Below, one piece after another: positions 1-5,963 of a DNA stretch of 11,897 bases. Location: NCBI GenBank assembly GCA_964607485.1, contig CAZSKP010000067.1:1-11897 (forward strand). The letters are read 5' to 3'. Position 1 is the stretch's first letter; each line of letters opens with the position of its first letter. The DNA comes from an uncultured bacterium. GTDB taxonomy: Bacteria > Abyssobacteria > SURF-5. The translations under genes were made by a program, and so were the position numbers. Under the pieces are notes generated by a model. It was not told the DNA's origin and did not search any database. It saw only the letters and a list, made by a program, of their open reading frames with translations.

Positions 1-104
1 CCCGTGAGGCGCTTCCGGAGCCGGTCAAATTCCGGCGCCGCTGTTGGGTCTCGATGAATGTAAGCGCAAAACCTGGTGAAGCGGAGATATCGCCACGCTC
101 AAAA

Positions 105-908
105 CTACCGCCACAGCACGCCGACCACCCGCGCATCTGTGCGCTTGATAAACTCCTTATCGACGTTTGTCGTGACGAAGTACGAACCTGAGTCGCCGGG
201 TTTCAGGCTGTAAACCTTTGCGTTATCGAGAGAAATCACCTCGCCGGCCTCGTCGTAGCATCGAACCTCAATGTCGATTCTCCCGGCGACAGCTTCGTCC
301 CTGTTCGTTACCGTTCCCCTGAGGACCGTCTGCCCGGGGCGATCCGAGTCCACGGCAACCGACCCGACCTGTATATTCTTCATCCGTTTGAGGTCTTGGA
401 TGTACAGCTGTTTTTCCTCGTCGGACAAACCCCGCACGAAGTCAGGCAGCTCAGGCTCCTCTGGCGGTTTCGGGGCTTCTTTGGCTGCGGCAGCAGCAGC
501 TCGTTGTCTTTCAATTTCAGTGCGGATTCCCTCCTGTTCTCTCCTTTCCACCTCGGCGGCCGATAAATGTTCGTCGCCGACTTTCACAAGCCCCTTCGCC
601 CGCTGTTCCGCCTCGAGTTTTTCACGTTCCGCCTGTTTGATCCTGCGTTCCTCTTCAATGCGTTCTTTTTCCTCTTTCCACTTGCGCTCGATCTTTTCAT
701 TCTCTTCGGGCGTCGCACGTTCGATTCGATCGATGCTGGCGTGGGGTAAGCTGACGACCTTGTCCTCGACCCTAAATTTGACGGTTGTGGGAGTTTCTTC
801 CTCGACGATTCCGATTTTGGCAGAGCCGCTCTTGAAAAATATGACGTCCGCTGCCACTGCCGACGGAAGCGCAATCAACGCAACTGTGAGAAGTGCCAGC
901 TTTCTCAT
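105..908 (-). CDS. Secreted/periplasmic protein: signal peptide, small beta-rich domain, charged coiled coil, C-terminal FxLYD-like Ig-fold domain (267 aa)
   Basis: ORF 105..989; start reassigned to ATG at 908 because AGGAG (916-920) lies 7 nt upstream and MRKLALLTVALIALPSAVAA reads as a Sec signal peptide. The C-terminus GTVTN...IDIEVRCYDEAGEVI...LKPGDSGSY resembles the FxLYD domain pattern. Confidence 0.8.
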   Translation of the reverse strand: MRKLALLTVALIALPSAVAADVIFFKSGSAKIGIVEEETPTTVKFRVEDKVVSLPHASIDRIERATPEENEKIERKWKEEKERIEEERRIKQAEREKLEAEQRAKGLVKVGDEHLSAAEVERREQEGIRTEIERQRAAAAAAKEAPKPPEEPELPDFVRGLSDEEKQLYIQDLKRMKNIQVGSVAVDSDRPGQTVLRGTVTNRDEAVAGRIDIEVRCYDEAGEVISLDNAKVYSLKPGDSGSYFVTTNVDKEFIKRTDARVVGVLWR

Positions 909-957
909 CGTACCACTCCTTTGCAGAGATTTTGGCCAACCGGGTCTCATCAAGTAA

Positions 958-966
958 ATTATACCA
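958..966 (-). promoter_or_regulatory. Extended -10 promoter candidate (TGGTATAAT) for the FxLYD-like gene
   Basis: Perfect TATAAT preceded by TGn on the minus strand, about 50 nt upstream of the ATG at 908; the -35 region is weak. Confidence 0.55.
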
Positions 967-999
967 CGGGCGAAAAGAGACTGCCACAAGCCTTGACGT

Positions 1000-2121
1000 T
1001 CACATCTTTATCAGCTCGTAGTCAGTGCTCCCAAGCCCGATCTGTTCCGCGTATCGGAACTGGTGTGTCCAATCGACTCCGTGAATCGCGCCGAACTTGT
1101 CGCCCTCGCATAATTTGCCTTCCGGAATGGCGCTGTTCGGGAGAGAGGCCTGTTGATTGATGAGGTCGATGGACGCGCGGTCGACCGCGACGACGTCGTC
1201 GGAGGCGAGGATGCCGATGTCGGGCACGACGGAAGAATCGGTGCGCGGAAGGCAATCGCAATCGGGAGATATGTTCATGAGGAAATTTATCGCGCCCAGC
1301 TTTCCCTGTTTTCCCTTGGCGACGCCCCATGCGAATTCGACCGTCTTCTCCTGAACCGACTCGGGGGCGCCGCTCCAGCTAATCTTGATGGCCTCATGAG
1401 GACATGTCACCACGCACTCGCCGCAGCCGATGCAGGTGGCCGGATTGAGGACCGAGAGCGGTACATCGCGTCCCGGCGGCTCGGCAAGCGAGAGCGAACC
1501 GGTCGGACACCACTCGACGCACAGGCCGCAGCCGATGCATTTTTCTGAGACTATGTCGGGCTCGAGGTCGGCGTGCATCATCTGCTTTCCGCTTCGCGCG
1601 CCGAGGCCCATGCCGATGTTCTTGAGCGCTCCGCCGAAGCCGAAGAGCATGTGTCCCTTGACGTGGGCCACCGAAATGAGCGAGTCGGCGTGGTATGCAG
1701 CCGAAGCCACCTTGACCTTTTCGAAATACTTCCCGTTGACCTCCACCTCGACGTAGTCCTTTCCCCGAAGGCCGTCGGCGATGATGACGGGGGCGTTGAC
1801 GGTGGCGTAGCTGAAACCGTGTTCCATCGCGAGGTTCATGTGATCGACCGCATTCGAGCGGCAGCCGCGATAGAGGGTGTTCGCGTCGGTGAGGAAAGGT
1901 TTTCCGCCGGCCTCTCGCACGAGATTCACGATGCGCCTGATGTAGAGCGGCCTGACGAACCCCGTGTTGCCTCGTTCGCCGAAGTGGAGCGTGATGGCCA
2001 CGAGTTCGCCTTTCTTGATGTTCTTTAGTACAGCCAGCTCGCCGCTCATGCGCTCCACCTTCTCCGGCATGCTGGCCTCCTTTTTCGTGCGAGTATCGCC
2101 GAAATACACAGTGCTTCTCAA
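1000..2121 (-). CDS. DUF362-domain iron-sulfur protein with inserted 2x[4Fe-4S] ferredoxin domain (COG2768-like, 373 aa)
   Basis: Motifs LHFGERGN, FLTDANTLY, HVKGH, GFGGALKNIGMG and ISPDCDC; two CxxCxxCxxxCP motifs (CIGCGLCVEWCP, CIGCGECVVTCP). TTG start with AGGGAG upstream. Confidence 0.92.
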   Translation of the reverse strand: MRSTVYFGDTRTKKEASMPEKVERMSGELAVLKNIKKGELVAITLHFGERGNTGFVRPLYIRRIVNLVREAGGKPFLTDANTLYRGCRSNAVDHMNLAMEHGFSYATVNAPVIIADGLRGKDYVEVEVNGKYFEKVKVASAAYHADSLISVAHVKGHMLFGFGGALKNIGMGLGARSGKQMMHADLEPDIVSEKCIGCGLCVEWCPTGSLSLAEPPGRDVPLSVLNPATCIGCGECVVTCPHEAIKISWSGAPESVQEKTVEFAWGVAKGKQGKLGAINFLMNISPDCDCLPRTDSSVVPDIGILASDDVVAVDRASIDLINQQASLPNSAIPEGKLCEGDKFGAIHGVDWTHQFRYAEQIGLGSTDYELIKM

Positions 2122-2188
2122 TGTCGTTCTCCCTTCCGTGACCGGCGCGGACGCCGGCGAATCTCTTCACACAAACAACAACCTTTCT

Positions 2189-2217
2189 ATTCTAGCACAC
2201 GAACTTCACGTTACCAA
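2189..2217 (-). promoter_or_regulatory. sigma70-type promoter candidate for the DUF362 gene
   Basis: Minus strand TTGGTA-17 bp-TAGAAT with an extended -10 (TGcTAGAAT). Confidence 0.5.
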
Positions 2218-2245
2218 ATGCCCCGACGCCGCAACGCGCGTCCGT

Positions 2246-2275
2246 TTGACCTGCGCATCGCGGCAGGGCTATACT
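2246..2275 (+). promoter_or_regulatory. sigma70-type promoter candidate for the methyltransferase (divergent from the DUF362 promoter)
   Basis: TTGACC (2246-2251), 18 bp spacer, TATACT (2270-2275). Confidence 0.6.
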
Positions 2276-2322
2276 GTTGTCTGTCGCATGGGCGGCGTGC
2301 CAACAAGAAGCGGAGCGATTCA

Positions 2323-3123
2323 TTGTCAGCAAAGTTCTCGGCCGAGCGAACTCCCGCGGACTATCCCGCGGAAAAGCCAATCAGGGAACGGCAACTGGCG
2401 GCCTATCACAGGTCGCTCGAATACGTCGAGGGCCGACGCGTGCTCGAGATCGGCTGCGGCGAGGGCATCGGCGCCTCGCTGCTGGCCGAGAGGGCGGCGG
2501 CGGTCGTGGCCGTCGATTATTCGAAAGAGGCGCTCCGCGTCGCCCGCGAACGGTACGGCGCAGGCAACGTCGAGTTCACCCTGATGGAGGTTCCCCCCAT
2601 CGACTTTCCCGATAGGTCCTTCGACGCAGCGGTCTGCTTTCAAATGATAGAACATCTCGAAGAGCCAGGAGTGCTCGTGGCCGAAGTCAGGAGGGTTTTG
2701 CGCGACGGCGGCATCGCCCTGTTTGCCACGGTGAACAAAGACGAGACAATCAGCGACAATCCTTACCATATACGAGAATTCTCGGCCGAAGACTTTGAGG
2801 AGCTTCTGAGGGTTCACTTCGACACGGTGGAGATGTTCGGCGTGTTCGGAGACGAATCGTTCATGCGATATTGGCAAAGCAACCGCAGGTGGGCGGACGC
2901 CTTCATGCGTGTGGATGTCTTCAACCTGTCTGCGCACCTGCCCCGCGCGCTCAAACAGAGGCTGTTCGATGCGGTCAGCCGGTTGATGAGAGTGCGCCTG
3001 AAGCGTAACGACCCGGAGTTGTGCCTCGGCATCACGCACGAGAATTTCATGTTCCGACACGGCGAATTCACCGGCTGCCTCGATTTATTTGCCGTGTGCC
3101 GAAGACTTTCGAAAATAGCGTAA
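2323..3123 (+). CDS. Class I SAM-dependent methyltransferase (about 266 aa)
   Basis: Motif I VLEIGCGEGIG, acidic VAVDYS, FPDRSFDAAVCFQMIEHL, RRVLRDGG and NPYHIREF. Start reassigned from 2218 to the in-frame TTG at 2323: GGAG lies 7 nt upstream and the promoter candidate falls inside the longer ORF. Confidence 0.9.
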   Translation: MSAKFSAERTPADYPAEKPIRERQLAAYHRSLEYVEGRRVLEIGCGEGIGASLLAERAAAVVAVDYSKEALRVARERYGAGNVEFTLMEVPPIDFPDRSFDAAVCFQMIEHLEEPGVLVAEVRRVLRDGGIALFATVNKDETISDNPYHIREFSAEDFEELLRVHFDTVEMFGVFGDESFMRYWQSNRRWADAFMRVDVFNLSAHLPRALKQRLFDAVSRLMRVRLKRNDPELCLGITHENFMFRHGEFTGCLDLFAVCRRLSKIA

Positions 3124-3197
3124 TAGCGCCCCCGAATTACAATTTTCGACGCTTCCGCCCAACCTCGACGCGGCATCACCTGGCCCTCCAATCATCC

Positions 3198-3210
3198 TAA
3201 GTGCTTAATT
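3198..3210 (+). promoter_or_regulatory. IHF-binding-site-like sequence upstream of the sigma54 promoter
   Basis: TAAGTGCTTAATT versus consensus YAANNNNTTGATW (one mismatch), in an AT-rich patch about 40 bp upstream of the -24 element. Confidence 0.45.
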
Positions 3211-3250
3211 TTCCGAATCTTACACACCTTCTAATCTGTGCGGCTGTCAG

Positions 3251-3266
3251 TGGCACGGTATGTGCA
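3251..3266 (+). promoter_or_regulatory. sigma54 (RpoN) -24/-12 promoter candidate for the M23 peptidase
   Basis: TGGCACGGTATGTGCA versus consensus TGGCACGNNNNTTGCW: GG at 3252-3253 and GC at 3264-3265 with the required 10-nt gap, one mismatch; 60 nt upstream of the ATG. Confidence 0.7.
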
Positions 3267-3325
3267 CTCCTGCAAAATTGGACGACCCTGTCTGGCTAGG
3301 GCAATTGATGGTTCAGGGAGCTGAA

Positions 3326-4237
3326 ATGGAAAAAAAGTGGAGCATCATGATCATCCCGAACACCTCCGAGCAGGGATACAACATCAGTGTAACGTCCAAC
3401 GCCTTAAAGATAAGCATCATTGCCATTTTCTTATTTATCATCGCCGGCTTTGCATCATGCGTCGCCTCGCTACACTCATGGAAGAAAAGCAACATCAGGC
3501 ACGCCGAAAACTTGAAGGCCGAATTGGAGGCGCGCAGCACAGAGCTCGGGTCGCTCAAGAAGGAATTTGCAGGCTTGATCGTGCTCGAAGAAAAGCTTCG
3601 GGCTATAGCCGGTCTCAAACCGCGCCAGCCGAAGACCGACGAGGTCGGTACCGGGGGACAGGGAGGACCCGAATTCGCCGAGGCAATTCTGTATGAGAAC
3701 GACGAGCACCCTGAGGTGCAGCTCTTAACCCAAGTCAGGGACATGAGTCCGGAGGAGCTGCTTCAGGCAATCGCAGACACGCGGGAGAGTTTCGCCGAAA
3801 TACTCGATGCCTTTGAAAGGGAACAGCGGCGCCTCTCGAGCATCCCTTCGATAAACCCGGTGTATTCGCCGGACGCATGGATATCTTCTGGCTTCGGCTA
3901 TCGGGAAGATCCGTTCAACGGGAAGAGAAAATTTCACGACGGCACCGATATAGTCGCTCCGCGGAGAACACCCATCATCGCACCGGCGGATGGACTGGTG
4001 ACTTTTTCGGGCTGGCGCGAGGGGCTGGGTCGCTGCATCGAGATACGTCATGGATACGGATATCGCACTACTTACGGTCACAATGAGAAGCTGAACGTCA
4101 AGAAGGGCGACAATGTCAAGCGTGGTGATGTCATATCCTATCTCGGCAGCAGCGGCCGAAGCACCGGACCACATCTCCATTATGAAATCCGCATGAACGG
4201 CAAACTGGTAAACCCGTATCAGTACCTGATAGAGTAA
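3326..4237 (+). CDS. M23 family zinc metallopeptidase (peptidoglycan endopeptidase-like) with N-terminal membrane anchor and coiled coil (303 aa)
   Basis: HxxxD (FHDGTDI) and HxH (GRSTGPHLHYEI) zinc motifs, ISSGFGYR and VKKGDNVKRGDVI. Hydrophobic segment ISIIAIFLFIIAGFASCV. ATG at 3326 follows AGGGAG. Confidence 0.95.
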   Translation: MEKKWSIMIIPNTSEQGYNISVTSNALKISIIAIFLFIIAGFASCVASLHSWKKSNIRHAENLKAELEARSTELGSLKKEFAGLIVLEEKLRAIAGLKPRQPKTDEVGTGGQGGPEFAEAILYENDEHPEVQLLTQVRDMSPEELLQAIADTRESFAEILDAFEREQRRLSSIPSINPVYSPDAWISSGFGYREDPFNGKRKFHDGTDIVAPRRTPIIAPADGLVTFSGWREGLGRCIEIRHGYGYRTTYGHNEKLNVKKGDNVKRGDVISYLGSSGRSTGPHLHYEIRMNGKLVNPYQYLIE

Positions 4238-4295
4238 TTTGCAGCGCGCCGTTTCGGCGGTACCTTCACCCCCCGCATTTCCTCATCCTTCGAGC

Positions 4296-4321
4296 GCCGT
4301 GGCTCAACACGGCTTTTTCTT
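4296..4321 (+). terminator. Rho-independent terminator after the M23 gene
   Basis: GCCGTG-gctcaa-CACGGC hairpin followed by TTTTTCTT. Confidence 0.7.
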
Positions 4322-4333
4322 GACCCCGCGATG

Positions 4334-4342
4334 TGGTATTAT
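4334..4342 (+). promoter_or_regulatory. Extended -10 promoter candidate (TGGTATTAT) for the ABC permease
   Basis: TGn plus TATTAT just after the terminator; the TTGACC at 4320-4325 is only 11 bp away, too close to act as its -35. Confidence 0.35.
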
Positions 4343-4413
4343 GTTTCTGTCCCACCCATCACCATGACCGCCGCAGGAGGCCATTGCCTGCGCAGGTGCG
4401 AAAGGACTATGAA

Positions 4414-5550
4414 TTGAGAGGAGTCGGCCATCTTTTTGTCGCCAACGCGCGGATGTTCTTCCGCGTAAGACAGGAAATATTCTGGGTCTTCTTTTTGCCG
4501 GTTTTCCTGCTCGTGCTTCTCGGGCTGGTGTTAAGAGACGTGGCCGGAATCGGCAGCATGAGACTCGAAGACGTGAACTTTCGTATCGGCGTCGTGGACA
4601 ACGACCACAGCATCACCTCGAAGAGATTTGTCGAAGCGCTTCGGAGCGGCTCCGAATTCAACGTCACGGAGTTGAGCGAAGAGGAAGCGATGGAGCAGGC
4701 CCGACAGGCCACGCAGAGGGTGGTGGTCATCTTCCCCGCCGGCTTCGGAGAGGCGCTGGCACGCGCCAAGGCTCGGATAGATGTCGTCACAGACACGCGA
4801 GCCCTTCCGCTCACCGACATGGCTCTGAACATCCTGAGAGACAAGGTCGATAACGCCCTGATGTCGGGAGCGGGAACCGCACCGCCCGTTGAAATAGTGC
4901 GAACGAGGATTAAGAGCGTGGAGGATTTCTTCGGGCTCATCGACTTCCTCGTGCCGGGAATCATAGCGATGGCGCTCATGCCGAGCTGCATATTTTCGCT
5001 TGCGCCTACGATTGTCCGCCTTCGAGAACAGGGGGTGATGCGTCGCTTCTGGGTGACGCCGCTCACAAGAGTCTCTTTCGTGGCGAGCCATGTGCTCTTC
5101 AGGCTGTCCATAGCGACGGCACAGATGGTGCTTATCGTCGCGGTCGGGCTGGCTTTTTTCAAGACAGACCTCGCGTTTCCCGTGGCGTCCATGCTGGTCT
5201 TCGTCGTGCTGGGCAACTTGAACGGGACGGCGATCTCGTTCGTGATAGCGGGCTTTGCGAAGACTCCGGAAGTCGCTTCCACTATCGCCAACGTGGTCTC
5301 TATTCCCATGTTGATGCTCTGTGGAGTATTCCTGCCGCTGGAGATAATGCCCTCGAAGATTCTCCCGCTTATATGGCTCCTTCCCCTGACCCACCTTGCC
5401 GACGGCCTCCGCCAGTTGATGAACATGCAGAAAGGACTCCGGGGGCTGTGGGGGGAACAGCTCGTGCTGGCAGCGTATCTGATCTGCCTGTTTGCGGTTA
5501 GCCTGTTCACGTTCAAGTGGGACAAGAGCGTGGGCGGCGGAGGCAGGTAA
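4414..5550 (+). CDS. ABC-2 type transporter permease (export family, about 378 aa)
   Basis: N-terminal TM (IFWVFFLPVFLLVLLGLV), extracytoplasmic domain starting IGVVDND, then DFLVPGIIAM, REQGVMRRFWVTP, LCGVFLPLEIMP and LPLTH. Likely TTG start at 4414 with AAAGGA 7 nt upstream; TTG at 4384 is an alternative. Confidence 0.92.
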   Translation: MRGVGHLFVANARMFFRVRQEIFWVFFLPVFLLVLLGLVLRDVAGIGSMRLEDVNFRIGVVDNDHSITSKRFVEALRSGSEFNVTELSEEEAMEQARQATQRVVVIFPAGFGEALARAKARIDVVTDTRALPLTDMALNILRDKVDNALMSGAGTAPPVEIVRTRIKSVEDFFGLIDFLVPGIIAMALMPSCIFSLAPTIVRLREQGVMRRFWVTPLTRVSFVASHVLFRLSIATAQMVLIVAVGLAFFKTDLAFPVASMLVFVVLGNLNGTAISFVIAGFAKTPEVASTIANVVSIPMLMLCGVFLPLEIMPSKILPLIWLLPLTHLADGLRQLMNMQKGLRGLWGEQLVLAAYLICLFAVSLFTFKWDKSVGGGGR

Positions 5551-5632
5551 CAGCTCCCGCAGGCCGGCGTCGCCCAGTCCCGGGCCCCTTCCGCTTCCTT
5601 TGTCAGAATGTGCGCCTGCAGGCCGTCCCTCA

Positions 5633-5654
5633 CGTCCGCCGCGCGGACGGTTTT
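5633..5654 (+). terminator. Possible terminator after the ABC permease
   Basis: CGTCCGC-cgc-GCGGACG hairpin followed by GTTTT; short U tract, about 80 nt after the stop codon. Confidence 0.35.
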
Positions 5655-5680
5655 GGCCCCATACGACGTAAGTCCAAATT

Positions 5681-5696
5681 TGGCAAGCTTTTTGCT
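5681..5696 (+). promoter_or_regulatory. sigma54 (RpoN) -24/-12 promoter candidate upstream of the hybrid kinase
   Basis: TGGCAAGCTTTTTGCT: GG at 5682-5683 and GC at 5694-5695 with exact spacing; one mismatch to TGGCACGNNNNTTGCW. Confidence 0.7.
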
Positions 5697-5715
5697 CCTA
5701 AGCTATGGTCAATAC

Positions 5716-5796
5716 GTGTGCGTCTCGGGCGTCTGTGGTGTGACACGGTAACACCAATGTCGCTAAATAGTTAGATGACGCCATGGGCCGGCACAC
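5716..5796 (+). other. Nested inverted repeats, candidate structured RNA in the kinase leader
   Basis: GTGTGC (5716-5721)/GCACAC (5791-5796); GGCGTC (5728-5733)/GACGCC (5777-5782); inner TGGTGT (5736-5741)/ACACCA (5751-5756) and CTAA (5763-5766)/TTAG (5771-5774). Confidence 0.3.
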
Positions 5797-5963
5797 TGCC
5801 TGTCGTCCCGCAAAATTTGGACAGAGAGTGTGCACGCTCGCACACAAGCAGAGGTCCGTGAGAGGCATAGGGAGTCCGAAGCGCGGTTGAAACTACGGTA
5901 CCAAGAGTTCGCACGACAAAACGACCCATGCGGGTGAATCCATGCCGAAGGTAGCGGTGTCAT

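Noticed and set aside
1..104. Possible gene end or small RNA at the left edge
   Set aside because: No recognisable motif, RBS or strong hairpin; too little context to call.
455..720. Low-complexity TTC/CTC- and GCA-rich sequence that looks repetitive
   Set aside because: Explained by E/K/R-rich and poly-Ala coding on the minus strand; no regular repeat-spacer structure, so not CRISPR or a tandem repeat.
2218..2322. N-terminal extension of the methyltransferase ORF
   Set aside because: It overlaps the promoter candidate, lacks an RBS and has non-protein-like composition. Similar reasoning removed the extensions at 909-989, 3260-3325, 4333-4413 and 9867-9914.
4407..5633. 408-aa antisense ORF over the ABC permease, and other long shadow ORFs (271..957, 1394..2170, 6234..7256, 8965..9750, 9851..10813)
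   Set aside because: They overlap well-supported genes, show no domain motifs, and are expected in GC-rich DNA with few stop codons.
5720..5790. Fluoride riboswitch resemblance (GGCGTC...GATGACGCC)
   Set aside because: It lacks the conserved 5' GAUG context and the 3' CUAC end, and the downstream gene is not fluoride related.
5818..5834. Second sigma54-like site TGGACAGAGAGTGTGCA
   Set aside because: GG-GC spacing is 11 nt instead of the strict 10, and TGGCAC is not matched.
5705..5890. Small ORFs in the kinase leader (12, 28 and 35 codons)
   Set aside because: No SD sequence and no attenuator-like codon runs.
5900..5963. c-di-GMP-I riboswitch resemblance (GGTAGCGG near the start codon)
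   Set aside because: The GGCAAA, GNRA-capped stem and GACGCAAAG core elements are absent.
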